Positions 1-13,267 of a stretch of DNA of 64,000 bases are shown one piece after another (position 1 is the first letter of the stretch; every line of letters begins with the position of its first letter). Source of the stretch: Bugula neritina. Lineage: Eukaryota; Animalia; Bryozoa. The stretch covers positions 817,628-881,627 of the forward strand of contig OZ037771.1 of NCBI GenBank assembly GCA_964035545.1, given 5' to 3'. The translations under genes and the position numbers were made by a program. Under the pieces are notes generated by a model. That model ran no database searches. It worked only from the letters and a program-made list of their open reading frames with translations, and was not told where the DNA came from.

Positions 1-1219
1 TGACAAGCTTAGCTGGGTTTACCTGCAATAATACCTGCAACTACCTGTAATAATACCTGCCAGTACCTGTCACTACCTACAATACTGCCCTCTTTCTCTC
101 AACACCTGGTGTCACCTACTCCACCTCTCAGTCCATCTACCTAAAAGTCGCATCTCTAAAGAATGTTGAGAAGATCTCAACTTCAGTGCATGAAATTTTG
201 TGATAATTTTAAAATACTTGTTTTTCATATTTCCTTGACAATTCATTTATAGTTCTGCTATTGAATGTTGGTAGACTGATATTCAGTCCTCATTGAATGT
301 AGCCCATGTTGGTAGACTGACATTCAGTCCTATTCTGTTCTCTAATTGTAGACAGAGCAGCTTAACCCAGACATACTAAATGAAGTGCTGAATTCGAAAG
401 TAGATCTGACGTGGTTATGATAACTCCACCAGCAATCCTACTATACACTATACTATAGTATACTATACAGTATACTATACTATAGTATACTATACACCAT
501 ACTATACTATAGTATACTGTCTAAAATATTGTGGTGTTAACAGTTTAGCTGCAGTGTGTAAAAATTATACTTAAACTTTATGATTATATAATAGCTAAAT
601 CTTAGTTGGACTATTTAGCAGTTGTGGCCCCCTGCTGCAAGCTCACTACCTATGCATATTAACACTCAAACTGCTATCGGTGCTTTCTGCAAAATCACAT
701 TTTCTTGAGCCTAGATGCTGTAGTAAACATAAAATCTGCCACTGCTCTCAGCATGTTTATTACAAGGTACAAAGGCTATTGGTTTTCATGTGCATACTTA
801 TTATTTAGCTTGGTTTCTTAACCAAAACCTTTTATACGGTTTGGGTTTGTATGCTTTTGGTGATCTCTACTATATTTATCATAAACATATTGCTATTTTA
901 TATACATAAATCAAATTTCAAATTTTATATTATAAATACATCATTTAGATTCATTCTCCTAAGTCCTAATTATAGCTAATAGTCGTATCATTTTATAGTA
1001 TTACTAATGCATATATAGAAGTTGCTTTCTCATGTGGCTACACATTCAGGCCATCAGTTGAGTCAATTACCTGCCTCACTGTCTCATCATATATTTTACC
1101 TCTTGCTGCCATTATTACTAGCATTGTTAGTGTAAGTTAGTAATCAAAATTTTAATACCACTAGACTACACTTGATTTTTGTATGTTTTTTACTAATAAT
1201 GGGTATATGAAATATAACT

Positions 1220-1317
1220 ACATTGAATATATCATACTCTACGCGGGTTATTCTGATCTACATTAGATATATCATACTATACGTGGGTTATTCTGATCTA
1301 CATTAGATATATCATAG
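1220..1317. repeat. 40-bp tandem repeat, about 2.4 copies
   Basis: Unit acattagatatatcatactatacgtgggttattctgatct. Confidence 0.85.
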
Positions 1318-1999
1318 TATGGAATAGTTAACTAGCAGAATTAGATGTAATGAATTGTCATATGAAATCATGAAATATATATTATACACTCATAAACCAA
1401 TTGTACAGTTCTGGCAATACAAATATTAATAATAGTGTACCACAAAAAGCAGCATTTTTAATATCATACAAAAATATATAAGGTGCACATAATGTTGTAA
1501 AGTGATAAACGTGTTATGTTACAGGTAAGTAGGTAGACTGATTATGGCATAGGTTTGGAGAGAGCATAACTCCTGGGTTGCCAAAATTAGTTATATTGAT
1601 ATTGCATTGAGAATAATAGAGTTTAATTATGCAGGCTATCAACACATTGAGTTTCAACACCAAACAGCTATAACTGCAGGTGTATATTGCATATAAAGGA
1701 GTTAAAGAGTATTTATATTTACAGTTGGTTAGTAATATATAAGCTTATCCAATAGTCTTTGGGCAGCACAGGTGCTATAGTAAGTTTTGTTTCCAGCAGG
1801 AACTTAAATACTGTTTACTTTGAGTAGATTCCCTGAGCAGCTGTGCAGTTACACTGATAAATGCTGAGATTCTATCACAGCTATGCATAGAGCAATCACA
1901 ATTCACCTTTCTTGCTTATAACCAATCAGAATTTGACTCTTTTGCAGCCAAATATGAGAGGCGAAGAGTTAGGATGGTGGCTTAAGTGTACCGTGCTAT

Positions 2000-2245
2000 T
2001 TAAGGACAGATAAGAGAGTAGAACTTATGCTTTAAATCCGTCAGCTCCGAGTAATCTGATAGGGTGATTTTATAGTTTGCTGTCGGCTGACTGGCTATCA
2101 GTGACACTTCATTATCATTCACCTCCTTGCCTATGGCCACGGCCACAATCTCTATACCCGCTGCCTTCGCTCTGTTAGCTGCCGCAACTGTTTCCTCAAA
2201 ATCATGAGACGCCCGGTCTAATATCACCACAGCTAAATTTCTCAC
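2000..2245 (-). CDS. VWA gene terminal exon (C-terminal half of VWA2)
   Basis: Acceptor tgtag then VRNLAVVILDRASHD...GIEIVAVAIG...IASQP...SLICP-stop. Confidence 0.9.
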   Translation of the reverse strand: MRNLAVVILDRASHDFEETVAAANRAKAAGIEIVAVAIGKEVNDNEVSLIASQPTANYKITLSDYSELTDLKHKFYSLICP

Positions 2246-5200
2246 CTACACATGTAATGGAGTAATTTAATAAACAATGTACTGCACTATATCACCATCT
2301 ACTAATATGCTATCACTGTATTATCATACTATACTACATATTATACTATATACTCTACTATAGATACTACAATGTATACTATTGTTATATATAATTTATT
2401 ATAATATACTATATAGTACATACTAAAATGTAGAATGTAGATACTATAATATACAGTAGATACTATAATATACAGTAGATACTACAATATATGTTGTACT
2501 ACATACTTTAATAAAAATATTATATATTATACTACGCTATAATATATGCTATACTATATTATATGCTATACTAAATACTATAATATATTATATTATAATA
2601 CATACTATACTATATACTATACTATATACTACACTATGTATAAAGACAGAAACGTACCCCTTCTCTGTCTCCACTCCTTGCTGTAAAGCTGTCAGTCACC
2701 AGTTGATTGATATAGTCAGCAGCACTTGGTATGACTTCTCTTTCCGCAAAGTGTCTCAGGATTTCTTCTTTAGTCTTATAAGTGTTGAGGTTAAACCCAA
2801 TGTCAAGGTCACATTGCTTTGGTATCAGACCGAACCTCAAGGATGCGTCTCTGAAGATATAATATATTACATGATATATATAGTATAGTATATACTATAT
2901 ATGATATATATTATATATAGTCTATAATATATAGTAGGTATATAATATTTAGTATATATTTTATGTAATACAGACATATGTAATAATTATGAGTAGAAAG
3001 GACGCAAGCGATTGAGCTAGATGAAAATCGCTGATTGAGTTAGCTATGCAGAACCCTGTTGTGGTGAGAAAAAGTGAGAAACGGTGAGAAGTATGCCACA
3101 GTTATAATAAATATAATGTAATAAATAAATTAATAAATGTATTATTATTAGTATAAGGTATATGCAATGCAAGGAAAGTTGATTTTTTCTCGTATTACAA
3201 TCACATATAACAATGAATATTCTGAAATGTGTGCTACATTTTCCAACAACTGAATTACCTAAGAAATGGGAGTTGTGTCTCCTAATTAAATGGGATAACC
3301 CCTTATACTCACCCAACATATGTATTCTTGTCTGATATGATTTTCTGTACCATTGAAAGAGCTGGCATAGTGCCAGATGGGTTTTGTGATGCTGACCCGA
3401 GTACGAACATGATGTCTGACTGAAAGCTGATGGTGCACACTGCAAATAGACAGACAAGATGGTGCACTCTGAAAACAGTCAGGCTTGCAATCTAAGATAC
3501 GACAAACTTGATTTGATATGAAAAACTGGATCTGGAATTATAATCATCAGCTAAAGTAATACCAAGGAATATCTCAAAGGAGTTCAACTTGATTCACATA
3601 GAGAAGACAAATCTAATAACAGTTAGTATGCTGCTCACCTCCGACTGGGTTGCCCTGCACTTTGCATGTGGAAGTCACCAGTCGCTCAACCAAAGCACTT
3701 CCCAGATCATTGAAGGAATTGACCGTAAATATGTGACCTTCAGAAGGCTGAGACGACACGCTCTCTATCTCGTCCCAGTTTATCTGAATATCAAAACATA
3801 TTTATTAAAATACATAAAATATTTCAACTGTTTAGGGTTGCATAAGGTCAAATCAGAAATAAATACCAAATAGGAACCTATTGATTGCAATAATTTCATT
3901 TGCTTTAAATTTCAACAACACACTTATTTTTAGCTCATTATCTCCAGAAAGATGATATTTCAGATTCAGTCAATGTGATATATTTGGCTGTTGCTCTCAT
4001 TTATTAAAAGGAAACTCTATATCTTAGAGGGATGAAGCACCTTTCTATATGCGATGAGCAGGAGATAATTGAATTAAAAATCTGAAGTATGCCCTTATTG
4101 ACTTTCCACCCATCAGTAACAATATGATTCTACATTACATCAACACCAACTTCTCAATTTCTGCACTCTTGCAATGCGTAATCCTCAATGTACGATATTT
4201 ATCAGTTTTAGTGCAAGGTGAACACCCATGGCAGGTATCAGAGTGAATTATCAGATTTCTACTGCCCTTAACAGGCTCCAAATATTGTATATTCGTGACT
4301 TTAAGGCACAGCTAAGCTGATGGTTAATGTCAGTGTAAAATCTCAGACTAAACTCTAATAAATTGTCAATTGTTTTCAGGCTGTTGGAATTTGATACCAA
4401 ATTTCATCCTGTTTGGATTGACAGCCCAAAGCTGAGTCTGACCTGATTTAGCAATAAAAGGGAATTGTTGACTACATTGTCAACACTGATACATGTTCCC
4501 AACCAGCTCAGCTCACCCAGGCCATTGTTCCATGCAGATAGAAATCAGCAATAAAGAAGACTAGTTCAAACCACCGCTAAGCTTAAATATTCAGTGTTCT
4601 AGGGCTAACAAAAATTAAAAAGTTATTTAGCAAGGGCTGTAATTGAAGATGGTAGAGGAGATAACTATGCGCCATTATTTCTTGAGTACAAAACAATAAT
4701 TGAAAATGACTAAAAGCTAACAAGACTGATAAGAATCAAACTCTATTTGAAGTAATTAGGATGGTCGAGTCAGCTACACACTAAAGCTGCAAACAAATCT
4801 CTACATGGTGCTAGTTTTTAAGTAGTATATCCTGTGCTTACATTGTTGCTAATGGCAACGACAAATATGGTGACATTATCTCTGCGGAGAAGCTGAGCCT
4901 GGTGGCTGGTTAGTTTGGGGTACCAACTGGATCCGTCAGTGATCAGCACAGCAATCTTCGGCACGCCTTCCCGGCTGTTGGAAAATATTTGGTGTCGAAC
5001 GTGTTTCAGAGCAATGTCTGTCCGAGTACCTACAATCACCAGAAGTAAGGGGTGTGTAAGATGTACCCACCGTCTAGTGATAACAATTTACAGAGAACAA
5101 ACTTCTAAGTTCAAAAGCTAGTCATCAGATGAGTACAGTATTGGTTGGTTATCAGGAGATCTCGGTAATGGGCAACACAAAACATGTCTGCTGAAGAGTA

Positions 5201-8117
5201 GTGGAAGGCACAGACACTCTGCTGTAGAGTAGTGGAAGGCACAGACACTGTGCTGTAGAGTAGTGAGAGACACAGACACTCTGCTGTAGAGTAGTGAGAG
5301 GCACAGACACTCTGCTGTAGAGTAGTGAGAGGCACAGACACTGTGCTGTAGAGTAGTGGAAGGCACAGACACTCTGCTGTAGAGTAGTGGAAGGCACAGA
5401 CACTGTGCTGTAGAGTAGTGAGAGACACAGACACTCTGCTGTAGAGTAGTGAGAGGCACAGACACTCTGCTGTAGAGTAGTGAGAGGCACAGACACTGTG
5501 CTGTAGAGTAGTAGGAGGCACAGACACTCTGCTGTAGAGTAGTGAGAGACACAGACACTCTGCTGTAGAGTAGTGAGAGACACAGACACTCTGCTGTAGA
5601 GTAGTGAGAGGCACAGACACTGTGCTGTAGAGTAGTGGAAGGCACAGACACTGTGCTGTAGAGTAGTGAGAGACACAGACACTCTGCTGTAGAGTAGTGA
5701 TAGGCACAGACACTCTGCTGTAGAGTAGTGAGAGGCACAGGCACTCTGCTGTAGAACCCAACCTACCATCTCAAGGTATCTCATCTTACAAGACTCACAG
5801 TCCAGTATGAGCTACTGACAAGTTGACTAATGTTTGCTGACCGTGATTGAATGCTGGACGTCTGCTTAGTGCAAACCATCAGGAAATGGGTAGCAGAGTA
5901 CAGCAGCGTACAAGAGGCAGCATGCTACACTCTATGTGTGTGTACTGCCTCCCTGTATAATCAGATACTTCTAGGGCTAATTGTGAAAGCAGTGTAAGGT
6001 TTTTAATTAAGGAACCCGAGACTGGACAGTGTAACATCAAACAATACTCTCAGAAATCATCACATCCCGTCTTCGCATTGTTTTGCTTTGCATTATTATG
6101 AAAAGCATTTTCAATGCAGCATAATAGAGAAAGATGTTGGAAAAAGTGACATTTGAATAAATTTGCACAAGAGTTTTTGTGGTAATATGACTTTTGTTGA
6201 CATAGCTATTTTTATTTGATTCAACAATTTCAGTTACTGTTGGCACAGAGTCAAGAGCAAACAGCTGATGGTAATGTAAGAGTTGGGTGATGACAGAAGC
6301 ACGCATTGTATAATTGCCTGTAATTGCTAGGAGCACATTTTCAGTGATATTTTGATAGATATCAAGTTTAAAAGATAGTAGAAGATGACACTCTGCTCTA
6401 TTTAACTAATAATTTGAGTATCGAATAACAGAGAGGGCATTGAAAGGGAGAAGATGGGGGCCAGATTATCTAGATAATGCAGAATGTAGTATTGTAAAGT
6501 AATACACTAGATGCAGGACCCTGAATCAGCTTGGCATTTTATGACGTCTAAACTCATGAGATTCTGTTTCACCTATTGTTGCCATATATGGGCATCAACT
6601 GCATACTTAAATGCACCGAAGCTAACAAACCATGAATATGAAAACTCGAACCCTTAAAGATAAGCTATATTCTGATTTTGAGATTTAAATTACTTATAAA
6701 AATGAATTATTTCACACTTTAGCCCACAGCAAACACTCAAGCCTCACCTCCTCTCCTCTGGTCAATTCGGCCAATGGCTCTCCTCACGTCAGCCTCGTTC
6801 TTGTAGTCAGTGAAGGAGAACCGATGAGTCACCTTGTCGGAGAAGGTAATGGCCGCCACTCTAGTCTGCTCCAGTCCAATGTCGAAACTGGCCGTCAGGT
6901 TTGAGAGGAACTGCCTCAGTTTCATAAAGTGGACTGGCCAAATGCTCGACGACTCGTCGATCACAAAGGCTATATCGGCGGGCTTACCCGGACAGACTGA
7001 AAACACAAACAGGATGTGATGTAGTCATGCTATAATTTTTATCTTTTCCCAAGTCTTTGGCCGTTATGGGCAAATAGATTAATTCTATAATTTAACTGAA
7101 ACAGTATAAACATTTTATACAGGATTCAAGTTTGACAATAGTTCAAAACTCATTTACAATTACTTAAACTAGAACTGCAAAGCCGAAACATGCGGAAGTA
7201 TAATAAAACATAGTAATAATGCATAATACATTATAATACATTATGATGCAATGCAATACAGTATAATAAAATATAATTTGACAGTTTCATGTAATGAATT
7301 CTATTAGAGGATTGGGGAAAACCCATGGAAACTCTAAGAGGTTGCCTGGAGATGCACTCAAGTGGCATGGAGCTTGTCTGGTATCCTGCATGCATCATTA
7401 GGCATAGAAGGGCTAGTACCACACCACCCCAGCTCTATCACTAAACTCTTCAAGTACTTCAGGTATTTTAGAGTATATGAAATGATTGATTTCATCAGAT
7501 ACTGCAACACATGTTGACAACCACCCCACCGTATTTTAGCACACAGCCTCACAATTAGAATGTGTTGACATATATAATATAATATAATATAGTATAATAT
7601 AGTATAGTATAATATGATATATTATAATATAATATAATAATATTATAGTAAAATATAATATAGTACAATATAAAATAGAATAATATAATATAAAAAATAT
7701 AAGATAACATAATATGATATGTTATAATAAAATATTTAGATATAAATATTGCATAAGATATAAACACATACCTTTTGTAAGAGCGCACTGTGTAACATCT
7801 ATTGTGGCTGATATCTAAAATATACATTTTCTAGTGCATCACTTGATAAACAAAAAACAATTATAATTTTTGTATGAAGAAATAAATAACCTTATAAATT
7901 ACTGTGTTCTATTCGGTGTCACTATTGGCATTGCCAAACACTTTCAGAATAAAATGTCCTTCCAAAACTGTAGTCTTACACAAAATAAGCAAGGAAATTG
8001 TAGTAGAAAAGTAGAGTAAATCTAATAATTATTAGTGAGTCAATTTCTTACACAATTCAAATGACTCACCAGCAGGAGACATGCGCACAAGTTGAAGGTG
8101 ATTTTCTTATACTCCAT
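2000..8117 (-). CDS. Multi-exon gene for a secreted protein with two von Willebrand factor A domains (matrilin/collagen VI-XII VWA-like)
   Basis: Six exons (6748-6996, 4842-5029, 3639-3783, 3313-3439, 2658-2850, 2000-2245) splice in frame with GT-AG ends. VWA1 has DIAFVIDESSS, TRTDIAL and IAVLITDG. The putative first exon 8070-8117 needs one more unresolved small exon to join in phase. Confidence 0.85.
2658..2850 (-). CDS. VWA gene exon (VWA2 middle)
   Basis: ttcag/gtacgt boundaries; DASLRFGLI...FNLNTYKTKEEIL...SGDREG. Confidence 0.88.
3313..3439 (-). CDS. VWA gene exon (VWA2 start, degenerate MIDAS)
   Basis: ttgcag/gtgagt boundaries; VCTISFQSDIMFVLGSASQNP...; phases match both neighbours. 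Confidence 0.85.
3639..3783 (-). CDS. VWA gene exon (end of VWA1 and linker)
   Basis: ttcag/gtgagc boundaries; INWDEIESVSSQPSEGHIFTVNSFNDL...TSTC. Confidence 0.88.
4842..5029 (-). CDS. VWA gene exon (VWA1 middle)
   Basis: tgtag/gtaagc boundaries; GTRTDIAL...REGVPKIAVLITDG...VTIFVVAI. Confidence 0.92.
5188..5755. repeat. 31-bp intronic minisatellite, about 18 copies
   Basis: Unit ctgctgtagagtagtgagaggcacagacact. Confidence 0.97.
6748..6996 (-). CDS. VWA gene exon (VWA1 start, MIDAS DxSxS)
   Basis: ttcag/gtgagg boundaries; CPGKPADIAFVIDESSSIWP..F...FDIGLEQTRVAAITFS. Confidence 0.93.
8070..8117 (-). CDS. Putative first coding exon of the VWA gene (start of signal peptide)
   Basis: MEYKKITFNLCACLLL followed by a gtgagt donor, downstream of a TATA/Inr-like promoter. 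Confidence 0.6.
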
Positions 8118-8283
8118 TCTCTGTTCCGGCAGCTAGTCTTCCGTATAGAATATTTGAATCTGTGTTTGTGACACGTGAGGTGTTGTGAGCTTAAAGTTTC
8201 TTACTTGAAAAACTCTGTAAAGATTTAAGAGTTGACTTTTCTCAAGATGCAAAGCAGTTGATCACCAGTGAAAGTTGCAATGA

Positions 8284-8376
8284 AATCTGACGTTCAAGAA
8301 GTGTGCACTTGTTTATAAAAGACAGCCTGTTCCGATTCTACTTTCTTTGTTTACATTTAACTTACAATCAGCCAAT
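8284..8376 (-). promoter_or_regulatory. Putative Pol II core promoter of the VWA gene
   Basis: TATAAA on the minus strand at 8312-8317, Inr-like TCAGATT about 25-30 nt downstream, CCAAT at 8372-8376. Confidence 0.5.
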
Positions 8377-9801
8377 GAGAAGCAAGCTGCTCAAGTGCCC
8401 ACGTAAGGCAAGTGCAAAAGGGCTACTCTTTGCTATTTAATACTACTCTAGCGTTATACTGAACATGCTAGTGTTAACAACTGTGGGGGTGGCATAATCT
8501 CCCCCTCACTTTCATCATAAGTAAAGATAATGGTCCAAAGGCTAGGCTGAGTTAAATATAGAGGAGGTGTGAAGTTTCGGAAATAATAATAATCGAAGAA
8601 TCACTTTGGTAATCACTATGCATTCCTCTGCCATGTGTCATACTTAGGGGGTCATGTGACTCCTGAAATTCTTCTTTTTATGGTCAGCAACCTGAATACC
8701 CAAAATTCCACAATGAGACAGATTCCTGCACACGTTCAGATCAGGACACCGGCAGCCTTTCAAATAACTGATGGACAACTAGCAAATATTGTAAGTACGG
8801 CAAATACTGCAACTAGCCACTGGCAAACACTGCAATTGGCAAATATTGCAATTGGCAATTTAGTGTGAAATAGTTGCTATTTGCACCAACTGACTAAACA
8901 ACCAGTAATCGTTGTAATTAACTATTAAAAAGTAATATTATATGTTGAATTTAACAGTAAACACAATGAAAAAAATTTTATCTATTCAAATCTTACCTTA
9001 TTTTGTGTAAATGGGAAAACCTAGATGAGTGATTTCATTACACATTGTAGAGATAAACTCTACACGGCTAAGTTTTTTCTTGACACTTTCTCCCAATTGG
9101 AGCACCAGAAGTTCTGTCCCAGCTTCTACTCTGCTGTGTAAGTTTTACCAGAGTTTCAGCACAAGAATCTGGTAACTACAAACAATAAAACAGACTGACT
9201 AGTAACAACACGGGAGGGGGGAGAGGGGGGAGAGAGTGGTCATGGGAGATGCAAATACAAAATACTGTTTGCTGTAAAACTATTTTTAAAATATTTTCAA
9301 TGCACATTTTGTTTAATTAGTAAAAACTTTTTTAAAAATTCACACACGCACACAACACACACCAAACAAAAGGCAAAATATGAGTAAAATATTTGCACCT
9401 GTGATAAGAATGAAGAAATAGGACCTTCAACTAGTGCACACACTCGATACCCGACTACAGCAACACGGCTCTTAGAACTGAGTGAGTACGGGAGACGAGT
9501 GACACATACCATCCTCTGCTGTCAGTCCCCGTAAACCGACTCCAACAAAGTGTGTCTCCAAAATTAGAGTAAACAGATCACTTCAAAGCAGTTTCGGCCA
9601 GCAATTACCAGAGAGTGAGTAACAAACGTGTTGCGTTATCAGCATGTTTGTGCGGGGGAGGTAATAATAATAGTTGGATAAGACAAGAAGTGCCAAGAAA
9701 CTCAACACAGCATTTATATATATCTCTTGTTCTATGAGTGAGAGGATGAGCATATCTCTAACTCTGGGTCTTTAGAAATCTGAAACAAAGTATGAATGTG
9801 G

Positions 9802-9802
<1 letters not shown>

Positions 9803-9846
<44 letters not shown>

Positions 9847-9944
9847 GAAATAAAATGAGATTTGATTAATATAATGGCATTTATTACTAGTAGTTTCGTA
9901 CACAAGAACGATGTGCACTCGTCAGATAAATTAGCCACTCATTT

Positions 9945-10007
<63 letters not shown>
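9803..10007. repeat. Two (TA)n microsatellites
   Basis: Runs at about 9803-9841 and 9948-10007. Confidence 0.95.
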
Positions 10008-10011
<4 letters not shown>

Positions 10012-11561
10012 GTTGGAAAACATGTTTAGCAGTTCTTTTAAGTAAAGTTCATTTTTAGGTTGTTTGTTATAATTGTTTTCAATAAATATGCCAGCCATTC
10101 CAACAGATGTCATTAGTGCAGGCACGTAATGTCATCGCTATAACATTCCAGCTTGGTGAATGGCAGCAATATTCACACTCACGTGCCACGGAGTGTCTGA
10201 ACGACAAGTGTCAGTCACTCGCGACGAAATTCATGGCAGCAGAAAGCAAGTGATGGACATGCATCTGTTGCTGACTTCAGTGTACCCAGCAGGTGTCCCC
10301 GGCAGCTGTGGCAGCAACACAAAGGGGGTTTGAATACTTTACGTAACTTTAAGAAATTCCGTAATACTTAATCACATCTCCATTGCTTAAATTTTATTGG
10401 TCTCAAGTTGATGATTAGCTCTTCACAAGTTAAAGAGGTTATTTACACTCCTGAGGGGTTATCTGTGCTCCTGAGGGGTTATCTACGCTCCTGGGCTGTG
10501 GAACTCACTGCAGAGGGCTGTAAAACTAAAGTGTCACTCATATGTAACAGATTCTTTAACAATTTAACACATTGCAGATAGTTTTCATGATAAAATACAG
10601 AAACGATCATAAAATGTCTAAAAATACATGTTAAGTATATGTAAAGTAAGTGTTACCAGCATATTATACAGATATCTACAGTGACATCACATACAGTAAC
10701 ATACTCTTCACACTCAACATGGATATCACAAAGGAAATTATAGGGCTTTTCTGTTAAAGTTATTTTTATCATAAGAATGTCCAAATTACATAACTTCAGA
10801 GTCATTGCACATTTTTTAGTTTTTGTTAGCTAAACGTAAGCTTGTTATCACGCATTCCATCTGCAGCTTTATTCACCCTTCTAATTCCCTCATCCCTGAA
10901 TCATCAGCAGCCTGGAATGTCAATTAACATTTTTATTCCGGCATCATAGATTACCAAACACAGTTTTTAAGAAAAGGGAAAAAATGGAGCAATAGAACTA
11001 GCTTCAGGTTATCCAGTTTCGTATCAGTGGTTACAAATTAACTATTCTAAGAATACTATGCATGAAATGTTGAAATATTAAGCAATGAAATGCGGATCTT
11101 GTAGCACTAGAAGCTATAGGGTCAGGAGCTGGTGGTTAGCTGATAAACTGACACTCAAATAGTGGTTGTCTCCCCTACATTACTCGATGAATTGCAGCAT
11201 TAATAATTAATGTATGTTTATATGCTGAGGTTGTGTCATAGGAAGTAGGGATTTGGATGATTGGGTAACTATGATTTACTCTTCTAATTTTGTTTATATT
11301 TAAACTGAGTTACTCATAACAGTGTGTTATGACCTCACAAAGCTTCTACACGCATTATGTAAACACATGGGTAAACTCCTGTTATACCAGTTTATAGCTT
11401 CTGCTATTCTACTGGCCAATGAAAAACAAAGACAAAAGGCCAACAGCTCTCTCTATCAAAGTGTATATAAATCAACCTAATTTATTGAAAGATTTTCATA
11501 TATTCTAATATGAAAAGTAGTAAATACCTACAAATGGTTGATGCACACCTCATTGTGTAGA

Positions 11562-11730
11562 CCTACACTATAGTATACCTACACTATAGTATACTTACAA
11601 TATTGTATACTTACACTATTGTATACTTACACTACTGTATACCCACACTATTGTATATACTTACACTATTGTATACTTACACTATTGTGTACTTACACTA
11701 TTGTATACCTACACTATTGTATACTTACAC
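11562..11730. repeat. About 17-bp tandem repeat
   Basis: Unit tacactattgtatact(t). Confidence 0.9.
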
Positions 11731-13111
11731 CACCATTGACTTGACTATAGTTTCTATTCTGCTATAATGCTTTACCCTCACCTATAAGCGCCTATAGCAG
11801 GACAACAAAGTAAAAGAAAAATTTTGCCAACACGGCTGTGCAGTCACAAGTACCTGTAGATGTCATATGTGTGCTGTATGTGCTGAAAGCTTTCGTTGGT
11901 AGCTACCAGCTAGCATTCTTTATGCTCTTCACAGCTCTATCTACTATCAAGTTTTACATTTCACTGCAATATAAAATTGATGTGTTGGACTTGCAGAATT
12001 TTATGAGCTTTTGGTGAGAGGCTGGCCATGTTTTGAATATTTGCTGAAGGCCAGGCATCATAAAGTCTGGATACTACAAACTTCCCATTTATTTATGAAA
12101 ATAACTCCTCAAAACATCTCAACTTTCATTAAAGCCACTTGTTTGATGTTTAGCTTAGTTATTTCCTGATCTTTGCCGCTATGAGAGTCAAATTAGACTG
12201 TAGATGTAACTCTATACAAGTCTAACAAAACAAGACACTGTTTCTGCCACCTTTTCATGTGCAGCATTACACCAGCATATTTGTATACTCTGATCATATG
12301 AAGGAGCTTATAAGGTCATATAAAGGTGAGTGGATGTTGTTGTACACAAAGTCAGTTAATCATGGCTGCCTCATGATTGTCAGAATGTTTACAATGAAGT
12401 GTGAATTATTATCTAGTAGTATCTAGTAGCAGCTGTCCACAGTTTCAACTTTTTTAACTCAAAAATTTAGTTCTCCTTTCAGGATGTACAAGAGTTGTTT
12501 TAGCAAATTGGCTGTCCTTTATATTAATGACAAGTAGAGGTAACTACTGGTAGCAGAACATATAAGGAAGATCAACCGTTGAAAGACGAGAAGTGCAGGT
12601 AAAAGATGTTTACATAAAAACTACCTGCATGTGTGTCTAATACTAGACTCTATTACCTCAGCGGGTGTTGTGTGTTTTCAATATGGTTGAGTTCCAGAAT
12701 TGGCTAGCTTGTATAAACCTTCATTAGCTGCAACCCTTATGATTGCAAAAGTGAGTAATTTAAAAAAAAGAGATTTCTGTAAGCATATCTTCTAGTTGTG
12801 AGGAAGATTAATCAAGACATTGGCAGCTAAAAAAGGCGCTTTTATGCCTTGAAGTAGCATAAGGCAAGGTGTAATTTGTCTGTATAAGCATACAGTATAT
12901 GAGCATATGGACCTGATATACTGAATTAAAACCTCTAAATAGATGTTACGACAACTCTCTTTCTTTATGCCAACTAGCGCTTTCCCACAGGCTACACATT
13001 GCATACTACACAGCAGTATAAACATCAATATGAGTTGTCAGCACATGGTGATATACACTGTATTTGAGCACCAACAATACCCAGAAGGTACAACTGACAG
13101 ACACTAACACA

Positions 13112-13267
13112 TTAACCAGAAGTACTGCAGCTGTACATCTTCCTGACAACGGGGATATCCGACTTGCTGGACAGGTGCCCTGCAGTGCCCATCAGCCTTG
13201 TCGTACTGGAGCCTTTCTTCGATACAATCGTATAACAGGGGGACTTACATCCACTCTTTTTGAAGGA
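13112..13267 (-). CDS. Astacin terminal exon
   Basis: tctag acceptor; SFKKSGCKSPCYTI...LMG...LSSKSDIPVVRKMYSCSTSG-TAA. Confidence 0.88.
   Translation of the reverse strand, partial: SFKKSGCKSPCYTIVSKKGSSTTRLMGTAGHLSSKSDIPVVRKMYSCSTSG

Noticed and set aside
5111-5784. Three overlapping ~210-aa Cys/His-rich ORFs
   Set aside because: They are translations of the 31-bp intronic repeat, which happens to lack stops on that strand. The flanking VWA exons join in frame without it.
7231-7450. VLALLCLMMHAG segment as exon 2 of the VWA gene
   Set aside because: It looks like a signal peptide, but I found no convincing acceptor plus phase-1 donor. Left unresolved.
8400-13000. A possible additional gene or autonomous transposon between the VWA and astacin genes
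   Set aside because: Only short ORFs without recognisable motifs; no consistent exon chain, transposase or reverse transcriptase signature seen.
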